IMG/VR virus record: IMGVR_UViG_3300020405_000002
Coordinates: 4,735-68,734 of that record
Length of the DNA stretch: 64,000 bases
From: a virus
Direction: 5' to 3' (one strand)
Position numbers and translations under genes: made by a program. Below are positions 32,401-42,613 of the stretch, in pieces. The notes beneath the pieces were generated by a model, which had not been told where the DNA came from, searched no databases, and saw only the letters and a program-made list of their open reading frames with translations. Every line of letters starts with the position of its first letter. The first letter of the stretch is position 1.

Positions 32401-35400
32401 CATGCTAAATAAAAATATTCATTTGGATCACCAACACTAGAATCAGCTGATGTTACTCTAAAACCATTTGATTGAAATAATAAATTATCTGAGCTACCAC
32501 CATTACCACTTGCAGTGTTACTATTTAAATACATTTCTAAATCTCTATGATTTATAGTATCTCTAGCATTATCATACACATACCAATTTTTTGTTACATC
32601 TACGTTTTTTATAACAACTAACTTTGGTTTAAAACCTAAATCTATAGATACACCTTTACTTGCATTATCTGATCCTACATATGAACCTGATTTAAATAAA
32701 CCAGTTACATCATGCCATATATAAGCAATACCTTCTGAACCACTACTAAAAGGATCATTAGTTTGAAATGTAATATCTGTAGAAGAAAATGTAGGTACTC
32801 CAGAGTTATCAAAAGCATTACCACTATTTACAAAACCTCTGCCTTTACCTGAAATTTTTGTATTGTAAAAAAACCAATCACTATTAGCATCTGTTCTTTT
32901 TAACATCATAGCAGTAGGCGCTGAACTCAGACCATGTTTTAAAACTACATTACTAGCGTTTGTAGTATATTTTATTATACTAAAACCACCTGTAACATTA
33001 ACAGATCTTTCAGCCGCGCTAACACCTGTACAAGTACTAGTTATATTTGTAATTGTGTCACCGGCTTTAAATGCAATAGCTTGATAAGTTTCTTCACCAT
33101 CATTTACTCTTTGTGAATTATCTTTACCTAATGTAAAACCATTAGAGTTAAATCCCATTAAAGACGTACCATCTTGTGTGTAGTTATCATCATTACTTGA
33201 AAACATAAGTTGTTTTTGTACACCTCTTAATGAATCATAAACTTGAAAAGGTTGAGTAGCACCAGTAGTTTGTTTTAATATTAAAAGACTGGGTTTAAAA
33301 TCTAAAACATTTATTTCATGATTGTGTTCTGTACCATTATATAATATTGTTTCAAAATGATCTGAAGCTCTTTCTAAGTCTGTTGGATCTATATCAACAC
33401 TAGGGTACAAGTTTGATGTACTAAAATCTTTATAACCAGACGGTATACTATATGTAAATGGTTTTTGGCCAAAGTTCCAATATGTTTCTGCCCATCCAGC
33501 ACCTCCTTGAGCATCATTAGTAAAACCGCATAATGCTTTAAAATATTTTGAATTATCAGATGGTAAACCTGTGTCTGTAAAAACCGCACTACCGTTTTTT
33601 AATAAATAAAAATTACCACCATCTAAATCTAATTTAAAACCAAATATTGTACCTTGTGTCATAGTGTAGCCGCTATCAGCAAAGTTTGTTACTTGTTGGA
33701 AGTTAGTTACACCATAAGGTGAAACATCAACACCATTAACAGCTGCACTTATTTCATTACTTGAATTCGAATAACTATGTTTGTAATTAGAAGTAACACC
33801 TAAATAAGGCATATAAGTGTTAGATTGTACAATTTCTACTTCCCAATACCATTTACCACTATTAACTTCTACATTACTAAAAGCAGAAGCATAATTACCT
33901 CTTACTTGTGATCTACGATTATTATGTACTGCTAAATCATTAGCATTACCACCAAAACCACCACCTAATTGAATCATGTGTGGATATGTTTCTTCTAGTG
34001 ATTCTTTAGTATGATCATCTGCAGTTAAATTAGCACCGTTAGGCCTTACCCTTTTTGTGTTAGGCGATATGTCTATTAAAGATAAAACGTTATAGTGACC
34101 TTGCGTTGCTCTAAAGTTTTGTGCTACTTCAGCATTTGTTAAATGTTTGCTATACACACGTACTTGTGCTATTTTACCATCAAACTTACCTGCATAGTTA
34201 TGATAAGCTCCTAGTGTAGCTTGTACGCTTGGTGTTGATACTGTACCTGATAAAGCAGCTGTGGTTACTTTTAAATGTCCATTTACATAAAATCTTAATT
34301 TTTTATCTACACCGTTCCAAGATGCACAAATATGTTCCCATTTATTAAGACCTAAAGTATCAGTAGTTTGTGCTGTTACAGCTGAGTTACTTGTATTATA
34401 CATCGATACATTATAACCAATAGAAGTATTAAACCATTGTAATAAAAAACCATAACCGCCTGAAGCATTTTGTACTTTAGCAAATATATATTGTTCTGCA
34501 TTAGAGTCTCTATTTATCCATGCTTCTACTGTATAACCAGCGGTATTACTTGGTGTAATAGACGCACTGTTTGCTATAGTACCGTATTGTGAAGATCCGT
34601 TAAAATCAAAATATCCACCGTTGTTTGAGCTATATGTTGGTGTACCAACTAAAGCAACATTATTACCATTACCACTTTTATCGTTCCACGCTGTTCCAGT
34701 AAAACTTGTTTCATCTGTTCCGTCTGCATCCCAGTCACCTGCATCTAAATGTAATCCTTGACTTGTAGTGTTTAAAGTTCCAGTATCTGTATTGTTAAAA
34801 TTTATATGCCAACCATTTAATCCATAAAAATAATCTGATTTACCAGCATTGTAATTTTGTAACACTTGAGCATCTGTTAAAGCTGTGTTGTACATATAAG
34901 CTTCGCCTGCATAACCGTTTAAATTTAACGCACCAGCCCAACCACCTATATAATAATTTGTAGCATTTGAATGACCACCTGAATAAGTTACAGTTGAAGT
35001 ATAAGTATGTACTAAAACACCATTTATATATAGTTTAACTGTAGTTGTATTTGCAGTAACCATTATATGGAACCACTCATTCAATTTTACATGATCTGAT
35101 AACTTTACTGAAGTTTCATCATACCATGATGTACTACCATTACCCATTTGTACATAAATCCTATCATAAGGTGTAGCTGAACCGTTCATACCTACTGTAA
35201 GTGATGTATGTGCACCTGTACCTGCGCTATCTACAAGTAAGCCAGCATACTGTGTATAAGCGTTTAAATTAAACCAACCACCTACGCTTGCTGTAGTACC
35301 TGTACCAGCTGTATATCCTGTTGTTATATAAGCTGTTGAACTACCGTTAAATTTATAAATACCGTTGTTATTGCTTTTATGTGTAGCCCCAGCTGCAGGT

Positions 35401-36293
35401 GTACCATGTCTATTATTACTAGTAGTATCATTTGCATTATCTATAAACTTATAATGCGCTTGTAAACCTGTAGAATATACAGTTTGTGTGCTTACTGGAT
35501 TTATACCTAAAGGTACCCATACACCATTTTTTAATTCTCCAAATTTTGTAGGCAAATAATTATATCCATCAACATAAACAAAATTCGTAATTGTCATATC
35601 TTGTCCTGTAGAACTAGACCAAAAATCATCATTTATTCTTTGATAATTACCAAACTCTATAGCTGCGCCATCAGTTAAATTAGGTACTGTTCCCCATGTT
35701 AATTCTATACCGTTTATCCAATATCTAACTTTTTGTATATCTGATAAATCATTTGTATCAATACTACAAACATGATGATACCAACCTCTTTTATCTAAAG
35801 TTACTTCGTTAGATATATAAGTATTACCACTTCGACTAACAACAATTTTACCATTTGCTGATCCACTATTTCTATATATCCATAGATAACTACCTGAACT
35901 TGCTCCTGATGAATAATATGTTATATCGTTTGTATTATCAAAAGTATGTTCTTTTACCCAAAAACTAAATGTACCTTTTGTATTAGTATAATTTTCTGCT
36001 AAATCAGAACTAACATCACTTACAATAACACTTTTGTGATTATCTGATACACTATCCATATGTAGTGATTGGCCTAGTGCACCATTTTCTTCAGTTGTTG
36101 GCATTACAGCATAAAGACTTTGTCCTCTTAATTCTGACATAGATCGACCTGTTATAGTGTCACCGTCAGAAACAGCGGTAAATTTTACAGCATTATTATC
36201 ACCAAGAGAAACATCAGTTTCATTAGTATCTGCTTGTAACGTTGAATTTATATCATCGTTTAATTTTATTTCACCTGTACTAGGAATTGGCAT
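29451..36293 (-). CDS. Giant tail-fibre adhesin with several LamG/ConA-like lectin domains and a SPRY-like domain (2280 aa)
   Basis: Repeated YFxFxGS..W.H...YVNG..G.I.QVR.Y..AL...I..NY units; SGKWYWEV SPRY-like motif; repeated GFS.VK(W/Y).G / GFKP..V..K units; short N-terminal fibre-attachment-like motif. Confidence 0.75.
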   Translation of the reverse strand: MPIPSTGEIKLNDDINSTLQADTNETDVSLGDNNAVKFTAVSDGDTITGRSMSELRGQSLYAVMPTTEENGALGQSLHMDSVSDNHKSVIVSDVSSDLAENYTNTKGTFSFWVKEHTFDNTNDITYYSSGASSGSYLWIYRNSGSANGKIVVSRSGNTYISNEVTLDKRGWYHHVCSIDTNDLSDIQKVRYWINGIELTWGTVPNLTDGAAIEFGNYQRINDDFWSSSTGQDMTITNFVYVDGYNYLPTKFGELKNGVWVPLGINPVSTQTVYSTGLQAHYKFIDNANDTTSNNRHGTPAAGATHKSNNNGIYKFNGSSTAYITTGYTAGTGTTASVGGWFNLNAYTQYAGLLVDSAGTGAHTSLTVGMNGSATPYDRIYVQMGNGSTSWYDETSVKLSDHVKLNEWFHIMVTANTTTVKLYINGVLVHTYTSTVTYSGGHSNATNYYIGGWAGALNLNGYAGEAYMYNTALTDAQVLQNYNAGKSDYFYGLNGWHINFNNTDTGTLNTTSQGLHLDAGDWDADGTDETSFTGTAWNDKSGNGNNVALVGTPTYSSNNGGYFDFNGSSQYGTIANSASITPSNTAGYTVEAWINRDSNAEQYIFAKVQNASGGYGFLLQWFNTSIGYNVSMYNTSNSAVTAQTTDTLGLNKWEHICASWNGVDKKLRFYVNGHLKVTTAALSGTVSTPSVQATLGAYHNYAGKFDGKIAQVRVYSKHLTNAEVAQNFRATQGHYNVLSLIDISPNTKRVRPNGANLTADDHTKESLEETYPHMIQLGGGFGGNANDLAVHNNRRSQVRGNYASAFSNVEVNSGKWYWEVEIVQSNTYMPYLGVTSNYKHSYSNSSNEISAAVNGVDVSPYGVTNFQQVTNFADSGYTMTQGTIFGFKLDLDGGNFYLLKNGSAVFTDTGLPSDNSKYFKALCGFTNDAQGGAGWAETYWNFGQKPFTYSIPSGYKDFSTSNLYPSVDIDPTDLERASDHFETILYNGTEHNHEINVLDFKPSLLILKQTTGATQPFQVYDSLRGVQKQLMFSSNDDNYTQDGTSLMGFNSNGFTLGKDNSQRVNDGEETYQAIAFKAGDTITNITSTCTGVSAAERSVNVTGGFSIIKYTTNASNVVLKHGLSSAPTAMMLKRTDANSDWFFYNTKISGKGRGFVNSGNAFDNSGVPTFSSTDITFQTNDPFSSGSEGIAYIWHDVTGLFKSGSYVGSDNASKGVSIDLGFKPKLVVIKNVDVTKNWYVYDNARDTINHRDLEMYLNSNTASGNGGSSDNLLFQSNGFRVTSADSSVGDPNEYFYLAWAEIPAKYNLGDAIKSNTSKFINHTNTASKYPEKYFKALSYTGNDMSGRDIKLGFDPAMVWTKALQIGFYGMIHDKLRVKDSDYWLIPAETGGEGGDSGEANQRISSFNTDGYTISGTGNKSNLNNSSRSYVAWCWKGGDVETKNPTYTSAGILSSNLELDYNFANSSSYSPTVNQSYTYTGSENFYSYVSSMTHTSTYPTGYGNRPTIARMQDTSGAIYFGNNGNGEANNTIVLTMSQPVKVDGFQVGALESSYYDYTGRVKLYGSNDNSNYTLIENFYAATPPYSVSATRTQKNTTFTTSAAYTYFKVTFSGNSRGTYQGFWEFIPDVAAGTFTVAQTNTTVNDLTSNNHDGTLTNGPTHGTDAYGNYLELDGSNDFISVPHNTAFNLDTDTTVEMWVYRDSSTNEQSLIHKGDSTSNQWFLNYTTSTGYYFYDYDTTSYTRTGTTLFDEGSIRNKWQHVVLVWDASEKRASIYVNGSEPTTYNAQVVGSGTVGTANTSVVNICGANSVTAHPAWNGKLSQVRIYSAALTKAQIRANYNATKTLFQGTSVATNATSDNLLLNFDPNDFNCYDSSSNATLVNDLSSSNNDGTLVNGTKVRADQEGHYFEFDGSNDLISTTLSANWASVPWSVEVWFNTDTRADKYIWGMNDSSGYGVSVSLRGSGNSYNIFLIGGGNLSGGVYQAGQWYHLVYTSNGTHRKVYVNGKFIDANSSTIDSRANAKNFTIGRYGDYNAAYYDGKLGQIRVYGAELTPEQIKTNYDLTAPQYNPAIINSTVSASDESGFSVTKWSGTAKTNIGVPHGLSKPPELVLTKNLTNATSWIVGQNINRVTDDYFTLNTTNAIATHSSSSRFYTGMTNNSIGVGVSSANEMNKLSNDYVSYAFRSIPGYQKVGQYVGNGGSQNIITGFKPSFVMLRCFNSGYSFIMTDNSRGTTKQLYANLNNAQNTDSNHVTSFNQDGFSVGSNSSANLNAARFWYLAIA

Positions 36294-39200
36294 CTTCTAT
36301 CTTTTTTTCTAGGTTATTTACTTTTTGTGTAAGTTCTTTGACTGCTTCAATTAATACAGCACTTAATTTTTCATAATCAACTGTTTTAACTTTATGGCCA
36401 TCTAGTAACTCTTTTTCATGTACTATATGTGGTATAACTTCTTCAACTTCTTGTGCTACAACACCTAAATCATGTTTACCTTTTCTATTACCACTTTTCC
36501 AATCATATTCTACACCTCTTAATTTATTTACTGTTTCAAGAGCATCAGGTATTGTTTCTATATTTTCTTTTAATGAAACATCAGAAACAGAAGTTGAAAA
36601 TGCTATAACATCACCATCAACTAATAAATCTTTATTTGTTGAGTCTATTTCCATTATAACTGTACCGCCAAATGCCCATTGGTGTTTACTTGCAGTAGAT
36701 TTATAATAATTATCAGAGCTATAACCGATTTGTTCTATATCATCTCTACAGTCTGCGTCAATATCCATTGTATTACCTGTAAGTGTCATACCTGCACCTC
36801 CTGCAATATTTGTAGCAGTAACAAAATTAGCTTTTGTTATTGTTTTGTGTGCAGATGCTGTAGCATCATAAAATAATATTTCATCTGCATCAGCTATTGT
36901 TGTTTCAACAGTTAAATCATTTATTGCTAGTCCTATATTACCTGTTTCTGTAACAGTACCTGTTAGGCCTGTATCAGTACCAACAGATCTAACACCAGCA
37001 CCTATATATATAGTACCACCCATGTTTGAATGAGAAGAACAATAATAATATAATGTTTTTGGTGTATCTTGTTCTACTGTAATCTCTGTAACTCCTGATA
37101 CAGATGTGTCTACGTTTGTTGTAAAAGCAGAACTATTAGTTGAATCTGTAGAAAATCTAAGTGGATGACCAGTAGGATGTGTAAATCTATATTTAAAACC
37201 AGGCATTAAAGTTACATCAGCTTGTTGTGTACCATCTATATAATATTTACCGCCAGACTCAGTTACTGTTATATCATTTCTAAAATATTTTAATGATATT
37301 TCATTTGCTGTTTTTCTTGATTCTGTTCCACTGTTTTGTAATATAAATTCAGTACCGGCACCTATGTCAGCAGTCATATCAGTTAATTCAGAAAAATCTA
37401 AAGCAAATGATATAGTTTCATCAGAACTTTGATTTACTGTAAATGCTTCACCACCTGATAAACCAGTACCAGCTGTTAATGTTATTGTATTATTATTAAC
37501 TGTAGGTATTGTTGGTGTACCTGTAAAGTTTGAATAATCTAAGTAATACGAACCTTGTTGTCCATCTAATGTGTCGGCATCTATGCCATTACCTGCTCCT
37601 TCATCAGCTGTAGTAAGTATTTGTACTTCTGCACCTGCAAGACCAGCATACCATTTATCTTGTGATTCATTCCATATTAAAGAAGCATTTGTTTGCGTAC
37701 CTCTTTCAACTTCTATACCACCATTTTCGCTTGGTGAAGATCCTGAATAATTATTATTAAGAACAATTATATTGTCATCTACTGTAACTGTTTCTGTATT
37801 TACACTAGTTGTAGTACCACTAACTGTTAAATTACCAGTTACAACTAAATTACCTGATGTAGTTACTGTTACATCTGTTGCATCACCTATTGTAAAGCTT
37901 TCTGTTATCTGTGGTAATCTAGCTGTTAAATTTGTTACGTTAACGTCTGTATCTGTATTGCTAGTAAAAGTTAATGCACTTTGCATATAATCTTTTAAAA
38001 CACTAGCATCTGTTCTTTTAATTGTACCAGCATCACTTATAAGTAATTCATCTGTTGCAGCTATACCGCTAGCAAGTTCTGTTTGTCCACTTATAATATT
38101 ATTATTTAACATACCTGATTCAACAGCTCCTGTAGCTATTGTAGCAGCAATACTTGTTGTACCACTTCCTGTTAAATCGCCAGAAAGTGTAATTGTTTGA
38201 TTAGCTGTTAAATAACCTTGACCTGTTACAAAAGCATGTATTTGATCGCCTGTAGCTAAAGATGTACCGCTATCAGCTACAGCTGCCGTTGATATAGCTG
38301 TTGAAGTCAAACCAGTAACATGACCATTACTGTCAAGTGTTACATCTTGTATATATGTTAAACCACTATTGTCTGCAGATGAAGCTGCACCTGATATTGT
38401 AGGGTGTGCTGATGCTAATGTAAAATTAGGATATGTACCTGAAATAGTCATATTACCTCCGTTGGCTATAGCAACAGTTTGATCATATTTATTAGTAGTA
38501 CCCTCTGTTATTGTATCTGTTGTTACTGTTACATTTTCAAATCTACCATCAGTATTATCATATCTTAAAAATTGATTTGATGATGGGCTACTTACATGTA
38601 CATCTGACAAATCACTTAATTGTGCTGCAGCTGCCGAACCACCTACAGCTATAGCAGATATACTTCTATGTATACCGCCTGTTAAAAATTTAGCTTGAGA
38701 AGCTGTGGATAAATTAGTAGTATTTTGTTTTACAATTACAGCACCAAGATATATAGCTTGTTCAGCTGTATTTGCTGCTTCTGTAAAACTTTCAAGTTGA
38801 TACTCTTTTTCAGCGTCTGCCATTGTATCATATTGTTCTTTACCATAATAAACAACAATTGTATTTATTTCATTTGGAAAATAATATAAACGCTGTACTG
38901 TAAACTTATTACTAGCAACAGTAGCTAAAGTACCTGAACTATTATCATATTTTGTAGGATCTATTTGTGTATAACCACTGCCATCATTAGAATCTAATAT
39001 GTGACCAGTAGAATTGTCTGCATAGTATCTATGTATAACAGCATCTGTTTTTGCACCATCAGATATTAAAGAAGGATTATTAGGATCAGAACTATAATTT
39101 CTACCAAATGACCAAGCAACACCAGCTGCTCTATTTAATTTTAAATTACTGCCATTTGCTGTAACAAGGTGTCCTGATTTTTTTAATGGGCCAAATATTC

Positions 39201-41106
39201 TTGAAAACTCTTGTAGTTGTGGTATAGCTCCATACGCTGTTATAGGAAAAGTTTTTACAAAATCAATAGTTCCACTAGTATGTATTACTGATCCTATTAT
39301 AATATTATGTGCTTGTTGTGCATCTGTAAATGGTGTAGTTTGTTGATTTACAGTACCTGCAGAATCTACATATATCCAAGTATTTTTTTGTTTATTATTA
39401 CTTGAATCGAGACCAGTACAATTAATAGTTTGTTGTGACCATGCTACATGTTTTATTTCAGGATGTGGTTCTGACGCACTAGGTTCTTTATTAAGATCAT
39501 TAACTATACCTGTACCTGCAGCGATTGTAAATTGTGTATTGTTTGCTTTTGTTAATCCACCTCCACTTGTAATACCTGATGGTATATTTTCTGTAACGTC
39601 ATCTATAGAAAGTTCTTTGTCATCATATCTAAAATGTAACACATTTGTGCCGTCTTTTGCTTTTATAAATATTGCGTTATCATTAGTTGTAGTGCTAGCA
39701 CTTGTAAAAGAAAGTACATTATCAACAGTCATGTTATCTGCAGATGCATCAGCTGTGACTGTTAGATTATTACCAATAGTTACATCATTAGGTAAACCTA
39801 TTGTAAAAGTTCTATTTGTTGTAAGATCTTGTGAGCTAGATGGTGAAGTTTCTATTTCATTTGCAGTACCTGAAATAGTTATTGTAGTATTTTGATCAAG
39901 TATTGTAGGTTTATTCTGTATAAAAGAATCTGCGTTTGTATTTGTTTCAGTCCAGTTAGACTGCACATTTTGTTCTGCATTACTTGATACACTTGTTAAT
40001 TTTGTTCTTTCTGCAGAAGTAATTATAGCACCAGAACCTGCACTAGTTACATCAGCAAGTGAAGTTACATTCATTGCTGTTGTTACAAGATTAGTAGGTT
40101 TGTTTTGTATAAATGCATCAGATGTTGAGCTTGCCTCAGTCCAATTTGCTTGTACATTAACTTCAGCACCTGAAGCAACACTATTTAATTTAGTTTGTAA
40201 AGCATCCGTAAAATCATTTGCAGATAAACCCTTACCTGTTTCTGTGTTTTGTTTAGAATCTAATGCCGTTTGTAATCCTGCAATATTACTTATAGATAAA
40301 TTATCTAATGTTGATTTATTTGCTTCAATAAAATCTACTACTTCTTGTAGTGTATCTAAATTAACATTGTCAGAAGTTAAAAGTGTATTTATAGAATCAA
40401 TAAAACCTTTTAAAGTTTTACCCTGTTCTGCCGAAAGTACCTTAGTTGTACCACCAGTTGTTAAGTCATTTACAATGTCTGTATTTAAAATTCTATTAGT
40501 AATAGTGTTTACTAAACTTCTTTCTGCATTTGTAATTATAGCTCCAGATCCAGCTGATGAAACATCATTTAATTCTGTAACTGAAAATGAGTTTAAATTT
40601 TTTAAATTATTACCTAATGTAGATACATAATATTCTGAATCTTTTTCAAGATCTCCAGATGCGTCTTGTTTTGTTACTGCTAGTATTTTATAAGTACCTG
40701 ATGTAGAATTAGTTATGCTATCAACTCTGTATATACCAAAATTATTTATATCACCTTTTTTTGTAATTCTTACATCATAACCAGCTAACACATCAATATA
40801 GCTGTCAACTAATTCTTTTTGTAAATTTTTAAATGATAAATGCAGTGAAGTAATATCTGCAAAAGGAGTGTTAGTATAAGAACCTGTGCTTGTAGTAATA
40901 ATACCAAATTGATCACTATCAGAATTGTAATCAGAAGCTTTGAATACAATACCATCAAACTGTTTGATAAAGTTTTCGTTATTTGCAAGGTCTAATAAAC
41001 TTTCTACTGAAAAGTTTTTTGTTACGTTGTCAGTGGAGTTTGACCCAATAACTTTATCGTTTAAATTTAGATCAACATCTTGATCGTATGTAAATATTCT
41101 TGCCAT
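36280..41106 (-). CDS. Long tail fibre with C-terminal intramolecular chaperone (Peptidase S74), 1608 aa
   Basis: LDTLQEVVDFI and GKGLSANDFT..NVQANW repeats; C-terminal SDVSLKENIE..LRGVEYDWK..GVVAQEVE..VDYEKL. Confidence 0.85.
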   Translation of the reverse strand: MARIFTYDQDVDLNLNDKVIGSNSTDNVTKNFSVESLLDLANNENFIKQFDGIVFKASDYNSDSDQFGIITTSTGSYTNTPFADITSLHLSFKNLQKELVDSYIDVLAGYDVRITKKGDINNFGIYRVDSITNSTSGTYKILAVTKQDASGDLEKDSEYYVSTLGNNLKNLNSFSVTELNDVSSAGSGAIITNAERSLVNTITNRILNTDIVNDLTTGGTTKVLSAEQGKTLKGFIDSINTLLTSDNVNLDTLQEVVDFIEANKSTLDNLSISNIAGLQTALDSKQNTETGKGLSANDFTDALQTKLNSVASGAEVNVQANWTEASSTSDAFIQNKPTNLVTTAMNVTSLADVTSAGSGAIITSAERTKLTSVSSNAEQNVQSNWTETNTNADSFIQNKPTILDQNTTITISGTANEIETSPSSSQDLTTNRTFTIGLPNDVTIGNNLTVTADASADNMTVDNVLSFTSASTTTNDNAIFIKAKDGTNVLHFRYDDKELSIDDVTENIPSGITSGGGLTKANNTQFTIAAGTGIVNDLNKEPSASEPHPEIKHVAWSQQTINCTGLDSSNNKQKNTWIYVDSAGTVNQQTTPFTDAQQAHNIIIGSVIHTSGTIDFVKTFPITAYGAIPQLQEFSRIFGPLKKSGHLVTANGSNLKLNRAAGVAWSFGRNYSSDPNNPSLISDGAKTDAVIHRYYADNSTGHILDSNDGSGYTQIDPTKYDNSSGTLATVASNKFTVQRLYYFPNEINTIVVYYGKEQYDTMADAEKEYQLESFTEAANTAEQAIYLGAVIVKQNTTNLSTASQAKFLTGGIHRSISAIAVGGSAAAAQLSDLSDVHVSSPSSNQFLRYDNTDGRFENVTVTTDTITEGTTNKYDQTVAIANGGNMTISGTYPNFTLASAHPTISGAASSADNSGLTYIQDVTLDSNGHVTGLTSTAISTAAVADSGTSLATGDQIHAFVTGQGYLTANQTITLSGDLTGSGTTSIAATIATGAVESGMLNNNIISGQTELASGIAATDELLISDAGTIKRTDASVLKDYMQSALTFTSNTDTDVNVTNLTARLPQITESFTIGDATDVTVTTSGNLVVTGNLTVSGTTTSVNTETVTVDDNIIVLNNNYSGSSPSENGGIEVERGTQTNASLIWNESQDKWYAGLAGAEVQILTTADEGAGNGIDADTLDGQQGSYYLDYSNFTGTPTIPTVNNNTITLTAGTGLSGGEAFTVNQSSDETISFALDFSELTDMTADIGAGTEFILQNSGTESRKTANEISLKYFRNDITVTESGGKYYIDGTQQADVTLMPGFKYRFTHPTGHPLRFSTDSTNSSAFTTNVDTSVSGVTEITVEQDTPKTLYYYCSSHSNMGGTIYIGAGVRSVGTDTGLTGTVTETGNIGLAINDLTVETTIADADEILFYDATASAHKTITKANFVTATNIAGGAGMTLTGNTMDIDADCRDDIEQIGYSSDNYYKSTASKHQWAFGGTVIMEIDSTNKDLLVDGDVIAFSTSVSDVSLKENIETIPDALETVNKLRGVEYDWKSGNRKGKHDLGVVAQEVEEVIPHIVHEKELLDGHKVKTVDYEKLSAVLIEAVKELTQKVNNLEKKIEDANS

Positions 41107-41109
41107 TTT

Positions 41110-41520
41110 TTATTTATGTTTATTGTTGCCAAATACTTTTTCGACGCCACGAGAACCAAAATATCCTCCTATTACTATAGTTAAAAGACTGGTTATTGAA
41201 TCAAGTGGATAACCTAAATACCAACCTATTACATAAGAAACAGTTAAAAAAACTAAAACTAGCGGCCGAACATTAGATGCAAGCCATGACCCTGATCTAG
41301 CATCGGCAACCCATCTTTTAGTGGTACCATCTATCTCAGCTCTTTCTAATCTTAATTTTTCTAACGCAATCTCTTTATCTGCCTCTGACATACCACTGCT
41401 ACCTATAATAGCTTCTATAATATTGCCAGCAGGAGTACCGCTTGCAAGCGATCCAACAACATTTGGTATTTTGTTTAATAGAAACTTACCAACTGCCGTG
41501 TCTTTAAACTTCTTTTTCAC
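41110..41520 (-). CDS. Holin (3TM/GTA-holin-like)
   Basis: RWVAD..SWLASNVRPLVLVFL..IGGYFGSRGVEK; TM helices near the endolysin. Confidence 0.7.
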   Translation of the reverse strand: MKKKFKDTAVGKFLLNKIPNVVGSLASGTPAGNIIEAIIGSSGMSEADKEIALEKLRLERAEIDGTTKRWVADARSGSWLASNVRPLVLVFLTVSYVIGWYLGYPLDSITSLLTIVIGGYFGSRGVEKVFGNNKHK

Positions 41521-41521
41521 T

Positions 41522-41695
41522 TTATTTTTTGTCTGTAATTTCTTCTATCTTGTTTTTTAGTTCTTGAAATTTATCTTCAAGTACATCTGCAATACCATCG
41601 CCATCTCTGTCTTTTAATACTTTAGCAGCAACTAAAACACCAAATACAACAGCTATAAATAATAGTATTGATAGAATAATAACTATAGTTTCCAT
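41522..41695 (-). CDS. Small single-TM protein with DRDGDGIAD loop (57 aa, not in ORF track)
   Basis: METIVIILSILLFIAVVFGVLVAAKVLKDRDGDGIADVLEDK..; fills the gap in the lysis cluster. Confidence 0.65.
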   Translation of the reverse strand: METIVIILSILLFIAVVFGVLVAAKVLKDRDGDGIADVLEDKFQELKNKIEEITDKK

Positions 41696-41712
41696 ATATA
41701 TTTAATTAAGGT

Positions 41713-42000
41713 TTAACAATTCCATCTGCGCCTTGCAGCCCTACCTCTAGGACCTTTCCAACCTCTACTTCTAGCGCAAAAAGATCTACGCCTTGCGGCT
41801 CTTTTTCCAGTTGGATTTTTTTCTGTTACAGCTGTTTGAAGTTTACTGCCAGGATTTTGGCTTTTATACGATTTTACACCAGCTTCTGTCATACCAGCAC
41901 CCTCTTCTTTTGTTCTGAAGTGTCTACCTTTCCCTTTTGTTCTTTTATTAGTCTGCATTATAGGACTTGTAAAAGGATTATTTTGTTGTATGTAAGCCAT
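41713..42000 (-). CDS. Small basic phage protein (..RRRSFCARS..RRWNC)
   Basis: 95 aa, very Arg/Lys-rich, translationally coupled to the endolysin. Confidence 0.7.
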   Translation of the reverse strand: MAYIQQNNPFTSPIMQTNKRTKGKGRHFRTKEEGAGMTEAGVKSYKSQNPGSKLQTAVTEKNPTGKRAARRRSFCARSRGWKGPRGRAARRRWNC

Positions 42001-42458
42001 TATATTTGTATATATTTTGTTTTACCGTTTTCTTTTATTGCTTTTAATATTCTATTTCTATTATTATCGCAATAACTAAAATGAATCCAATTTGGATTTA
42101 TATCATCACCAAACTCCCATATTAATTGATCAAACTCTAGATTTTCTTTTATATAATTAAAGTAATCAGCGTTTGTAAATTTTTTGCTATACACATCATC
42201 TATATCTATAGCTTGGCCTTTACAATGTTGTGACCGTGTACTACCGCCTATAGCTTTGTTAAGCTCAGGGCTACGATAAAATGATGATATATAAATAGGT
42301 TCGCCTATGTAAATACGTAAAGGTTCAAATACTTTATTTGCTACAGTTTGCATATTTATTAATATATCATTTGTTGGAAAATTATCTATACCTAACCTTG
42401 TAGCTGTGTTAGATTTAGTTGCTTCCTTTAAAGAAATATGCTCACTTATATTTGTCAT
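42000..42458 (-). CDS. Endolysin, peptidase M15A family
   Basis: SSFYRSPELNKAIGGSTRSQHCKGQAIDI (R, SxH, D) and WIHFSY zinc-ligand motifs. Confidence 0.9.
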   Translation of the reverse strand: MTNISEHISLKEATKSNTATRLGIDNFPTNDILINMQTVANKVFEPLRIYIGEPIYISSFYRSPELNKAIGGSTRSQHCKGQAIDIDDVYSKKFTNADYFNYIKENLEFDQLIWEFGDDINPNWIHFSYCDNNRNRILKAIKENGKTKYIQI

Positions 42459-42459
42459 T

Positions 42460-42612
42460 TTAATATTTGCAAGACTGCTTCATTATAGGGTGATTATACT
42501 TCATAATTGGTCCTCTAGAACCACAGCCTTTTCCTATTTCTACTTTGCATGTAGGGCAAACTGCAGCCGAAGCTCCTCTTCTTGAATGTACTCTTTGTGT
42601 GATTGGTATCAT
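42460..42612 (-). CDS. Small basic Cys-containing protein (50 aa, not in ORF track)
   Basis: MIPITQRVHSRRGASAAVCPTCKVEIGKGCGSRGPIMKYNHPIMKQSCKY; fills the gap with 1-nt spacers. Confidence 0.65.
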   Translation of the reverse strand: MIPITQRVHSRRGASAAVCPTCKVEIGKGCGSRGPIMKYNHPIMKQSCKY

Positions 42613-42613
42613 A

